A stretch of DNA of 64,000 nucleotides from an uncultured Planctomycetia bacterium (lineage in GTDB: Bacteria; Omnitrophota; Gorgyraeia; Tantalellales; Tantalellaceae): positions 135,701 through 199,700 of the forward strand of contig CAZGQR010000002.1 of NCBI GenBank assembly GCA_964527765.1, written 5' to 3'. The position numbers were made by a program, and so were the translations under genes. This document shows, piece by piece, positions 12,001 through 18,600 of the stretch (position 1 is the first letter of the stretch; each line of letters starts with the position of its first letter). The notes beneath the pieces were generated by a model. It did not search any database, was not told the origin of the DNA, and saw only the letters and a program-made list of their open reading frames with translations.

Positions 12001-15000
12001 TCGGAAAGCGGTGTCCGGAACGGGCGTTTTGAATTTACCGTGAGATTTACCAAAGAGGGCAGAGAGCCCGTGAAGAAGGTCTTTCAGGTAGGTCCTTACA
12101 CAAGGGAACTGACAGGCCGCAATAAAGCGGAAGGAAAAACGCTTACGGTGCTGGATATCGACGACCGCCCCGGACTTAAAGCCGTTGCCGAACTCATTGC
12201 CAGGCCTCCCGGATATAACTGGGAGACCGCCGAAAATGACGGCAGGATCCCCGACCTGAAAGGCCTCCGGCTGGGGGCCGTGGACGGCCGCGGAAGGATC
12301 AATTTTTCTCCCGTCAAGGGTTATCCGTTCCAGTGGCACGTGCTGGGGTTCTACGAAGAAGGATGGGAAGCCGTTATCGTGGAAACTGAGGCGTGGAAAG
12401 AATATTTTCAGTTCAGTGTGGAGCTTACCAAGCCGGGCAGGGAACCCCTCAGAAAGGTCTTCCAGATAGGTTCCCTCACGAAGGATCTGTCCGGACAGTA
12501 TACGGAAAAGGGAAAAACCTGCAAGGTGTTGGATATTGACGACCGTCTCGGCCTTAGGGCCATTTCCGGGCTTATTACCAGACCGCAGGATTATGACTGG
12601 GGCTCCGCCGTGCGCGACGGCAGGCTTCCCGACCTGAGGGGCCTGCGGCTGGGAGTGACCGGAACACAAGGAAAAATCAGTTTCCATCCCGTTACGAATT
12701 ATTTATTCCAGTGGCATGTCCTCGGCTTTGATGAAGAAGGGTGGGAAGCGGTTATCGTGGGCAGCAGCGTGCATAACGGGCATTTTCAGTTTCTTGTAAA
12801 ACTTACCAGAGAGGGAAGAGAACCGATCCACAGGATATTCCAGATAGGCCCTTATGCCAGGATCATATACGGCCAGAACAGGGAGCGAAGAACGAAAAGG
12901 CACGTTCTGGATATCGTGAGCCTGCGGGCCGTGGAGCGATTGATGAATAAGGAGGAATATGTCAGGAAAAACGGGAAGGCGGCCTGGAATGAAAGGACGA
13001 ATGTTTACGAAGTTGCGTCCCCGGAAACTTTAGATCCCGTTGAGAGCGAGGAACTGGTGCAGAAAGTATCCCAGAATTTACTCGCAGTTATCGCATCTAT
13101 GACGGACGAGGAACGTGAAATAGTCTTGCGAATAGTAAGAAGAGATACGGGTCACAACATCGTTTCCGAGGGGTATGCGCCGGCAGATGTCCTGAACGTG
13201 AAGAGGAAAATAAACAGCGCGCTTAATCCTTTGCTTGATGAATACGGCCTGATCGGCAAGCACGCCGTCGTCAAGGGCATCCGGGCGGACGAGAAGACAG
13301 GAGAGATGACGGCCCGGATAAAGATCGTGGGTTCCGACGAAGAAGTGCCGCCCCTTATCCTGTCCCCCGGAGGAAAGCTGGATGTCCGCGCCTTGAAAAC
13401 GGCATTTGAGAGCATGGAAGAAGTGAAGTCAAAATACAACAAGGGAATGATCCTTTCCATGCTGGACCTGCTCGAAGGATCACCGCCCGAACTTTATACT
13501 TATGACGTTCTTGTGGAGGACCTTTTCGGTTTTGTTTCGGGCGAGCGCGATCTTATTGCCCTTCATGAAAGCGCAGCTTCCGACCCCATGGCCTTGTTCC
13601 ATGAGGCCGGTGAGTATCTTATAAAGAAAAAGATATTAAAGCTGAAACTGAGGCATGAAAGACTGGTGATCTCGACAGGTAAACGCGAGACGTTCACTCT
13701 CAACCTGGGCGGCGAGGCGCTGGCCGTTGCCAGGAAGAACACGGCCAGTCCCCACTATCTTTTCAGGGCTTTGCAGAGACAGATATTCAAGGAGAGGGAC
13801 GGGGATCTGACGGTAAGGATAAAGAACGAGCAGAAGAAAAAACTGTCGCATTCAACTATAAAAAATATTCTTATCATAGGGCAAAAACTGGATGACAGGG
13901 ACTGGCGCGTAGCCACGGCCGCGATCAAGACATTGGCTTCCATTTATATCTTCCTGATCAAGCAGGGCAAAGACGTTGACCTTGCCGCGTTTAAGCGGAA
14001 GATCAAGAATAAGGACTGGTACGTGCGCAAGGCCGCGTTCGCCGCGTTAAAACGCGTTTGCGACGCTCAGGCCGAGCAGGTAAAGGGTACCGATGAAGAG
14101 GCGCTCGGCCTTATCCGGGAATTCGAGCACACTTACCGGTGGCAGAATATCGAAACCGCACCCGAATCGATGGATGCCATGCTCATCAACATGTTTGAAT
14201 GGGGTCAGATGTCCCTGGCCGAGCTGGAAGGGAAAACCGGGAGCAATGATATGAAAGTCAGTGAAGCCGCGGCCAAAGCTTTGTGTTCCGTCTATATTAC
14301 CGCGTTTAACGAAGGCGGGATCCCCAGGTCTTACCTGGAGAGGCAGCTGAACGACAAGAACTGGTATCTCCGCAGAGCGGCGATGGCAGCGTTAAGCTCT
14401 ATTTATGCTGATCTGGTCAGGCAGGGAGAAAAGGTCGATCTGTCCCTTTTTGAAGAGGGGCTGGAACATGATTACTGGCGCTTTAAAGAAGGGCGCCCGT
14501 TACTGGATGCCGTTTACGTCAGTCTGGTCAGGGAAGGAAAAATGTCCTCGTCCGATATAGAACAGAAACTGGATCACAGGCAACTTCATATCCAGGAATC
14601 CGCGACAAAGGCATTGGGCCCTGCGTATATGATAGAAGTTAAGCAGGGAAGAGTGCCTTTGTCCGCCTTGAAGCAAAAATTGGATCACCATAAGGACTGG
14701 CGTGTCCGCAGGGCCGCGCTTTCGGCATTGGAACCGTTTTGCATCGATGCGATCGAGCAGGACGGAGTTCTCGACGATGATTATGAAAAACATCTGATCT
14801 GGCAGAAAGAAGGCTTCCCCTATCAGGAAGAGGTGTTCAGCCGGTTCCTGGCCTCCCCCCGGCCGGATGACCCGCGGCGTTTTATAGATTCCCTGTTCAG
14901 GCAGAGGATCCTTGAGGGCATGGAGAAGGATGTAATGCCCTGCCTGGTGAACGCGCTGATCGCCGTTTCGGAAAGGAAGGAAAAGGTCATCCTGGCCCTT

Positions 15001-15558
15001 GACATTGATCTCGGGGAAGGCCAGATAAACACCCTTCTTGAAAAGTTGATCAGGGTGATCCCCGCGCTTAAAGACAATAACGAGGACCTGAAAAGGTTCC
15101 TGGATAATCTGCATGTGATCAAGGGCACGGGCAGGGATCTCAGTCTCAGGCTTAATAACGTGACCGATCCTTCCAGGGGTTCCGCGAAGAAGGAAGACGT
15201 GATAATCGTGACCAAGGACTCGAACGCGGAGCATTTCAGGGATTTCAAGGGCGCGGCTACCATGGCTGTTGTTGATGACGGCGCGTTCCCGGAGACGGCT
15301 TACCTGCCGCTTCTGGAGATCATGCTGTTTGCGATCAGCAAGCACCTCGGGTGGGATAAGAAGGCCCTTCTCAAATATTACGGGATGATACCGAACGTGG
15401 TTTCCGTAGAAGATCTGAATCCCGGGGATTATGCCGGGCTGTTCGGCGGGGATGAGAGGCTTCTGGTGATAAGGCTCGTGCCGGACGCCGTGCAGTTCGA
15501 CAAGGAAGAGCTCAGGGAGATGATGGACAGCATAAAGGTCATGCTGGCCAGGGCGTAA
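1..15558 (+). CDS. Giant multidomain protein, 5'-truncated by the window (TPR-like region, SF1 helicase, GNAT, Ser/Thr kinase, HEAT arrays, second GNAT, 126-aa repeats, shared C-terminal domain)
   Basis: ORF 58..15558 (5166 aa). The frame is also open from base 1 (KALEKALDIYKPYLLVASY-M) with no stop and no RBS before ATG58, so the true start probably lies upstream. Domain motifs are given in the sub-features. Confidence 0.93.
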   Translation, partial: KALEKALDIYKPYLLVASYMTRSVIGGMIRHYKTCVTIENRFREGAFDKALSQIEKLETEGGLSPEVLSFIGKKAARIGDIQKEITSIKERFESGDLSLRSARNQARDMQKECPGYPDTKELFEYFEQKRIEVAGYLDGAGSSIELRRPDEAFSLIRKAMAIDKENKAMARPLVRIAELYIQGKDFDSARKCIDILIDVEGWRDDPTAEKLIVLIWELCRSGRYGDAIELSDRLFEKKISRWYKTKLRRIKSVAGASTILDDLDIHLAMIRNALEAEKAEEAIEQKILKQYRTRLIEYKKISPTKTGFRIDRFKHLKPEEVRKLFKIGDSFEVFGPLPDGDKSESNGPVVDVSFRVTAVGERGWVAFEMPPSALEKKEEFIRDIPRRGFIRKQPNIPFELQKSVLDDLKWKLWESLRAVDYEAIGKKAFFEPTTGHPIIDIVLGLKEAPKRKGSVSYGGEGPWDEWQRKAIASATDLSIPVTIIHGPGGTGKTTVTVEATRQLSGEIIRQFSKKKSRILITSQSNPAVDNIWKRAASKGLKFIRLAFKSSSIDTKVMRNWERRQKHLEDARKRYYGEEGAGPVYIGTNMGWANDPYVRNSAFYLEPDVVIIDEGGRSTPGETLYAISRIKPDGKVIIVGDHLQLRPHGFTREDVVRIKSALSYKERELERLYTEENLSKVTTSLFEKLCQRRDIDYHLLPVNRRSHPAITGFVNAFGYLRHGVKLLPRDWDKEKKEPCEKDIVTVIDYGDGKIHERLERDGQDRVLNGRIYNTREVNEVIAEIDRFLNMKHRGRPRYGPADITIITPYKAQIRAITEALKIKAIVNDLDEGVIADRKEAVAVLSDLPLRKISKRMFPHIVQDVKIASGMIEELIGKLKNNTRISPREMRIYARIIRNAALYNIRKKHGPRSVGYKDITSIRRVKLTAEGVEDEEEVMEGDEELDVATIDSIQGSENKVIIWSLVRSNRQNDIGFLGAHDGPNRNLVAAGRAEEYLTVIGDISHTLAWADYGLEKTNYSDLRKASIRQTAAAFRDGLEHCRANNTIIRTSTDRRTGRNSENDRPRSPLGGVHEGFLQLPMRLFFRSAAYLSGALLAGLTSLLFSHSAKDPAPIKKDIGEKDTAGYDRIESDPAKIDPARLTEALKEHLGFLMFHDKDARAQISKYLEDKKCLTAVTEDGEVAGCLIFTVDEEKLSARQMDIYVRCYQADRGIGRALWEEAKEYFARKGITKAEALCDRPVQRDFWEHIRENYGGPLEMIIRDRDEGAERFYSVYAFAPLAFLPFVTVVPGLSILILASTAAFVLLATLSSRGDLRRYEKSLFLSSFGNARGSTNDTDNIDMEMLYKASRPITIKDVGIPWAVFPKTGVMNKIEFRSIPCSVLDSSAAVYRDSKRDKYVIFIASLLLRKKHRSDIALYFALIDIFLVLHDGILERSGAFDPKRTNILASQGGFYREVVCAMLNGGMAEEFRIAARLETELSGREKASFRGEDVLSEGDREHSDMEKSVAGRSIINFIEWMKEPEVTVVDFSGEIKKAEKVYRPARTDMSARKHQKRMAFWSEHRQMIGRFIRGEYRDDPDRARILRKLDGAESLVFIKSGIVPFSRTRVRPPIKKGVRSFAGKENWLRIRTKIENGRLRIEYLLAGDPYFAHVSDSYEEGSETPLSLGKELIEWMTDKERPMPQSVLSIEADIKGRVHLGTFDGESMYLDLGKRFKETEGGLRRKVWIKAKVSRRDAKELAVYLRPDGPEIMRFRPIYKDASGKKLDRLEKRKDLILDMFSRDALVHWAGGGKVDMDSDIEFIWPVEKMRIVKLGDDMVASAGVDYEGDDILVRGKVNVPGEKRIEFCRPDGRQVPVQVRFYDEESGTLLNELSELRRRFASWEAGEDAPNPMVISGIFGNGFEIAEDVFVRIPKAERVKSGRYLVVFAQPGEYKGIKLYALNGQNAPLKFISTYYFHKGKRIKTGWDEEAELLSAEDESAIKEILCRCGYIAFLRESSFSADKLARYILQTLGRTPLNGEDIVKVTAVHTHAAGRAIEKCLSGLVGKGKLLRTGSGMYLPVVRRKCANMGHHAPKISLDGTHYAFGISAGVSDDATVFLAAEASNGKKFPIAVVKDGKPVLWYRVIRRADGGVASCGLRSCRSEIELLGRKGTFFFENWRANTKRGKGRGVAGRIGDTVIKGKPGEYFSGIVSDGKIVRLDVWRNPCHRPYKVVARPQGDKGVPVYKVDKDSEAYKREYTTKEDKIRFWERELYDLSGAKRRKAIQQLEKLGARFDGIRALTLVDCLNSNYGVSEGCRLFVKTFGVIVDACIKSAWRDERSRKELLELLYITDSSVIRKAFRGIASRDPSLYADMLGAYTKKYSADYKNRHDAYHLALLEALRADLKAKRFDRFPDRALDVLREWYEHKLRSPGKTPHIRARTKEYLKTIENFRKKSRNFRRKNKIRLYSIDPFTAGLAAAGVSSLFGSIGVSILSPLVLTVAAIIFSFSWFAAGGEDAGKGKKEDAKAKGPQKDSPLAHLPDLHKRFAVKKKIGVGGMGVVYLVFDVNLRREAALKILFDQSERARERFRREIKRLRSLRHPNIVKVLGSSSVRKDYKGPSYIVMEYVEGESLMKFYRKRKYNNEKALLELISDILLPVAKGIRYIHGKNIIHRDLKPDNILISKTGVPKIADFGIAKLGAGATRSDEHSLTKTGYVVGSPSYMAPETFRNMIETWIPDDIESLLPDKKSPGYKEWKKSPRYKPYEYLKELRRLVNKRQFKKMSVQADIYSLGLIFCETCTGKLPFKYEGDDGIKKLRSKVFERIPLDEIAPKLYSEFRKLIEDMLDLDPNKRPTSKQLVRKLERIEKKLKKRLEEKKKPVFKTVLKYGLIAAGIGATALVTHLLFPGLIRSILNWLGIGFILTAGTMVSVTGDGGPGTETEELSRSSVKDLLALENELSDSSAEVRADAIAKLGPVYTAFIGQGRDVRDRVFNLEQKLADNHPAVREAAGSALRSIYAALAAETKSIRLYESRLRRRMGADVREVSVRRAAVTALGLLYAALIDHGRKIDVSMLEQRLKDPDMQVSEAAANALSSVYVAQINAKGDVDISALEQRLNADRHLVREKAIKALGPVYRALIEKGKQVDLSDLKKMLGNACYWQVRRAATTALGLVYVSLIEQGRKEEIDLPLLREMLNDIDLGIRRVAVSAVGEVYAALIRQGEKVDFSDIEEKLNRYDEELRRRAAEQLSLIHDALEGRDRETDLSSPEETGPAGIAGIESGIILDQDYAKYLFWTREKLPYHEAVIDEYLASSQPQIFISDLKRRAERCVRKGFDPEDRRQLWLAFVGAKLNGIDITHHDFTERVERLVEFDEKHPGYFSDLFGKNKKLKAIEIAAGETHVVDTSEVDHAVLDAHLEELSSIKERVDSCRWLSEDFPKHKYFNLRNLYYQLKREQARQAGEYTGGKFFIILPSEDRMREEIAGNRKLFYRIVFKAAYLRLGDREISGNCLELMRDLVISDILSDDAMKGQLHSSDPETRVTALKVFYEDYKNHLPDASGIGMEKVRGLQKALDELSGEIYAEMAKIKIVRRKRRETYRLIPQGFLSVFRGRAGIIDCSFDAEYHGSAFTRAMHEDTGYYFVYNKKLKGYVGLCEGLTEKGEKVLTVDTINSPSLDGEEMLINLFVELEEAARELGCKGIALPENMVRSFNFDNKYTISGMDAYRKARPIKVVPVHSSSWKRLADTFGKDSYNSMESGRFKLLDLDSLRPPAPVSKSYEDGDIGIEQVDARGWPEIKDDIMKVEEESFTGPLRQTEEDISETFEDPDSICLVLKDKGAIVGYMMGGPLEDYYYLAGIEEDPGYGEENTVYIESIALLRPYQRSGLGKKLRNKFLDIAQQRGYRQVSGHIREEVARSRGDNILGAFGEWQGTDTTFCYYSNPIRSKKAEKKHALRLISELVTRSQDHDWEAADRAGELPDLKGLLLGATDGHGRITFRPVRNYPFEWAMLGSEEKGWEAVVSESGVRNGRFEFTVRFTKEGREPVKKVFQVGPYTRELTGRNKAEGKTLTVLDIDDRPGLKAVAELIARPPGYNWETAENDGRIPDLKGLRLGAVDGRGRINFSPVKGYPFQWHVLGFYEEGWEAVIVETEAWKEYFQFSVELTKPGREPLRKVFQIGSLTKDLSGQYTEKGKTCKVLDIDDRLGLRAISGLITRPQDYDWGSAVRDGRLPDLRGLRLGVTGTQGKISFHPVTNYLFQWHVLGFDEEGWEAVIVGSSVHNGHFQFLVKLTREGREPIHRIFQIGPYARIIYGQNRERRTKRHVLDIVSLRAVERLMNKEEYVRKNGKAAWNERTNVYEVASPETLDPVESEELVQKVSQNLLAVIASMTDEEREIVLRIVRRDTGHNIVSEGYAPADVLNVKRKINSALNPLLDEYGLIGKHAVVKGIRADEKTGEMTARIKIVGSDEEVPPLILSPGGKLDVRALKTAFESMEEVKSKYNKGMILSMLDLLEGSPPELYTYDVLVEDLFGFVSGERDLIALHESAASDPMALFHEAGEYLIKKKILKLKLRHERLVISTGKRETFTLNLGGEALAVARKNTASPHYLFRALQRQIFKERDGDLTVRIKNEQKKKLSHSTIKNILIIGQKLDDRDWRVATAAIKTLASIYIFLIKQGKDVDLAAFKRKIKNKDWYVRKAAFAALKRVCDAQAEQVKGTDEEALGLIREFEHTYRWQNIETAPESMDAMLINMFEWGQMSLAELEGKTGSNDMKVSEAAAKALCSVYITAFNEGGIPRSYLERQLNDKNWYLRRAAMAALSSIYADLVRQGEKVDLSLFEEGLEHDYWRFKEGRPLLDAVYVSLVREGKMSSSDIEQKLDHRQLHIQESATKALGPAYMIEVKQGRVPLSALKQKLDHHKDWRVRRAALSALEPFCIDAIEQDGVLDDDYEKHLIWQKEGFPYQEEVFSRFLASPRPDDPRRFIDSLFRQRILEGMEKDVMPCLVNALIAVSERKEKVILALDIDLGEGQINTLLEKLIRVIPALKDNNEDLKRFLDNLHVIKGTGRDLSLRLNNVTDPSRGSAKKEDVIIVTKDSNAEHFRDFKGAATMAVVDDGAFPETAYLPLLEIMLFAISKHLGWDKKALLKYYGMIPNVVSVEDLNPGDYAGLFGGDERLLVIRLVPDAVQFDKEELREMMDSIKVMLARA
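1380..3130 (+). other. UPF1/DNA2-like superfamily 1 helicase domain within the giant protein
   Basis: Motifs in order: GPGGTGKTT (Walker A), SQSNPAVDN, IIDEGG (Walker B), VGDHLQL, NRRSHP, ITPYKAQ, TIDSIQGSE, NLVAAGRA. Boundaries are approximate. Confidence 0.88.
3400..3800 (+). other. GNAT acetyltransferase domain 1 within the giant protein
   Basis: EDGEVAGCLIF...DIYVR...RGIGRALWEEAKEYFARKGITK matches the GNAT acetyl-CoA-binding motif A pattern. Confidence 0.7.
7575..8545 (+). other. Hanks-type Ser/Thr protein kinase domain within the giant protein
   Basis: IGVGGMGVVY, AALK, HPNIV, HRDLKPDN, DFG, GSPSYMAPE, DIYSLG and DPNKRP are all present. Confidence 0.95.
8790..9710 (+). repeat. HEAT-like repeat array 1 in the giant protein (about 8 units of ~38-44 aa)
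   Basis: Recurring LExxLxDxxxxVRxAAxxALxxVYxALIxxGxxVD. Confidence 0.85.
11290..11770 (+). other. GNAT acetyltransferase domain 2 (RimI-like) within the giant protein
   Basis: IMKVEEESF...GAIVGYMMG...VYIESIALLRPYQRSGLGKKLR...AQQRGY. Confidence 0.8.
11797..12930 (+). repeat. Three tandem 378-bp (126-aa) repeats of unknown function in the giant protein
   Basis: PDL(K/R)GL codons begin at 11872, 12250 and 12628, an exact 378-bp period. Shared pattern: W...G.(L/I)PDL.GL.LG..(D)G.G(R/K)I.F.PV..Y.F.W..LG..E.GWEAV. Confidence 0.92.
13870..14750 (+). repeat. HEAT-like repeat array 2 in the giant protein
   Basis: Same unit consensus as array 1, with an identical 19-bp stretch TCAGGCAGGGAGAAAAGGT at ~9596 and ~14417. 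Confidence 0.8.
14932..15558 (+). other. Conserved ~208-aa C-terminal domain (copy 1), shared with the next gene
   Basis: Aligns end to end with 19343..19960 ([31 protein letters not shown], ending MLARA/MLAKA). Confidence 0.93.
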
Positions 15559-15607
15559 TGCGGTACATGATCGAAGAATAATATTCAAATAAATAAGGAG
15601 GAGAAAA

Positions 15608-18600
15608 ATGAGCGGTTTGCGCAAAAATCTTGTAAGAAGCATTGTTTTTATAACGGTCATTTCAATGGTCTGGCAAGGTGTTGTCTGGGCCGATCCGGGT
15701 GTTATCCAGCCGGATAGACTGCAGGTCAGGACCCTTTTTAGTCTCCCGGACATGGAAGAGCGGGTCTCTCCCCTGGTTTCCGGTTATGTCGTCAAAAGGC
15801 TTGCTGAATTTGAACGGGACCTAACGAAGCAACACCCTTCGCGCATCGAAGATGCGGCTAAGGAACTTATTGTACAGATCAAGAAAGACGCTGATATTCC
15901 GGAAGATCTTTTGAAAATCGCTGCTTCCTCCGCGAAAGGGGAACTGGTAGTAATCCTGGGTTCACATGCGGTGAGATATTACAATCACAGAAGAGAGGAC
16001 ACGCAGGATCCGGGTCCCGGCCGCAAGGTTATCAAAGACATGAAAATAGGGGGATATTTTTCAAGGCAAATACTTGAGGTTTCCGGTAAGGAATACTTCT
16101 CGGGCGGTGCCGAGGTCTACTGGTCCGAATGGGAAGTCGTTAATTCTAACACATTGCGCGCCAGGGGCCGGAAGGGCATAATCGCGAAACGCGGCCCGGA
16201 CGGGAAATTCGATATAATGAGCGGCGGGCTGCCGGTCGATCCGGTCGATAAAGAAGTAGAGGATCATATCCAGGCCTTGAAAGATAAAAATAAGAATGTC
16301 CGCATAGCCGCGATAGGGAATTTAGGCAAAATAGGCGATGAAAAGGCGGTTCAGCCCCTTATCAAGGTCTTGAGGAGTGCGGATTGGACTGTCCGCGGAG
16401 CTGCGGCAGTAGCTTTAGGCAAAATAGGCGATGAAAGAGCAGTATTGCCTCTTATCCAAGCCTTAAAAGATACGACTGCGTATGTCCGTTCCGCCGCCGC
16501 GGAAGCTTTGGGAAAAATAGGCGATAAAAAAGCAGTTGAGCCGCTTATCCAAGTTGCTTTAAAGGACCAGGAAAAACGTGTCCGCGGAACCGCGGCGGAA
16601 GCTTTAGGCGCAATAAATGATGAAAGTGCTGTCCAGTCTCTTATCCTGGCTTCAAAAGATGAAGATCTACATATCTGCGAAGCCGCAACGAAAGCTTTAG
16701 GCAAAATGGGAGAGCCGTCGGTTGAGTTGCTCGTCCAGGCCTTAAAAGATCGGGATGAACGTGTCCGCAAAACCGCGGCAGAGGCTTTAGGTGAAATAAA
16801 TGATGAAAGAGCAGTTCCGCATCTTGTCCGGGCTTTAAAAGATACGGAGTGGATTGTCCGTGGAAATGCAGCGATAGCTTTAGGTGAAATAGGTGACGAA
16901 AACGCGGTCCCGCTTCTTATCCGGACTTTAAGAGATGAAGATTCGTATGTCCGCTTTACTGCGGTGCATGCCTTGGGGCAAATAAGCGATGAAAGAGCAG
17001 TTAAACCTCTTATCCGGGCTTTAGAAGATGAAGATTTAGATGTCCGTGAAGCCGCAGCGGAAGCCTTGGGTAAGATCGGTAAACCGGCGATTGAGCTGCT
17101 TATCCAGGCTTTAACAAAAGATGAAAGTAAGAGTGTCCGCGCAGGTGCGGCGGAAGCCTTAGGCAAAATAGGCGATAAAAGCACGGTCCGGTTTCTGGCC
17201 CAGGCTTTAATAAAAGATGAAAATGAGCGTGTCCGCGAAGCCGCAGCGAAGGCCTTAGGCGAGGTGGGCGATAAAGAAGTAGCCGGGCTTCTGGTTCAAG
17301 TCCTTATCAAAAACGATGAAGACCCAGATGTTCGCAAAGCTGCGGTAGAAGCTTTAGGTAGGATAGGCGATGAAAAGGCAGTTCTGTCTCTTATCCGAAT
17401 TTTTAATGACAAGAGCATGGTGGGGTACATAGGGCGTGTTCCCGAAGCCATAATAAGATCCTTAGGCGAAATAGGCGGTGAAAAAGCGGCCGAGTTTCTT
17501 ATTCAGCTTTTGAAAGATGAAGATTATTCTGCTCGTATAATCGCGGCAGAAGCCTTGGGCAAAATAGGTGATGATAAAGCGACCCAGGTTCTTACCCGAA
17601 CTTCAAAACAGGATAAAGATATGTATGTCCGCCGAGCCGCAGCGGAAGCTCTGAAGGCAATACGTAATAAGGCCGCGGCAGCGGTAGAATACTTCTCAAG
17701 CGGTGCCGAGGTCAACTGGTCCGAATGGGAAGCCGTTGATTCTAATACGCTGCGCGCCAAAGGCCAGAAGGGCATAATCGCGAAACGCGGCCTGGACGGG
17801 AAATTCGATATAATGAGCGGCGGGCTTTTTGCTGATATCACCGCTTCGGATAACGAACCGGAAAATAATGAGCTAAACATTGCGAAGATCGTTCCTTCGG
17901 AAACTACCTGTCTTGGTAAGCCCACGGTGAGGCTTGATGTTGAGTTATTGGGAGGCGCGAAGGGACACTTCGTCGTTCCGGCCGGGACCTCAACAGGCGA
18001 GGACGAAGCCAGGACAGTGGGCGTTGAAAAAGCAGTGAAGAACCTGGCCGGGATCCATACTGAAGTCACGGATAGAGGATTGAAAGCCGATCAGCTGACG
18101 GATATTGCCCGGGTAATGCTGGAAATGGGCAAGGATAAACTGGGCGCTGAAGCAACCCTGTCTTATCAGATGGCTTCGGCCTGGGCTGCGGCCCGCCAGA
18201 GAGGTTTTGAGCCCTATGAATTTATCCGGGAGATCGCTCCTGATATTGCTTCCAGATCCGTTCCCAAAACGAAAATACAATATAACATCACCAACGGAGG
18301 GGAACATGCCGAAAATGATCTGAACATGCAGGAATTCATGGTTGTTCCTGTAGGCAGATCCACGGCGGAAGCGAACCGGATGTGTGATGAGATAGACAGG
18401 CAACTGGGGCTTATTTACCGGAGCCTGGGATTAAGCGCCGATCCCGATGATAAGGGAGTGGGAGAAAAACGCGGCAAGGAAGGCGGTTACAAGATCGCGG
18501 ACCTGACCAGCGAGAGATTAAAGGAGATCTACGCGAATCCCCCCGAAAAGAGCTTTGAATATCTGAACGTGGCCGAGTTAAAGAAACGCGGCAATATCGG

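Noticed and set aside
11593-12687. 364-aa antisense ORF over the 126-aa repeats, and the 417-aa antisense ORF at 14500-15753
   Set aside because: Shadow ORFs opposite a well-supported coding frame, with no recognisable motifs; any periodicity only mirrors the sense-strand repeat.
15559-15607. Possible readthrough or frameshift joining the two modular genes
   Set aside because: Gene 1 ends with the complete CTD, and gene 2 has its own strong RBS and signal peptide, so they are separate genes.
16255-17665. Regularly spaced DNA repeats resembling a CRISPR array
   Set aside because: They are degenerate, in-frame ~93-bp coding HEAT units with no identical repeats or unique spacers, and there are no cas genes in the window.
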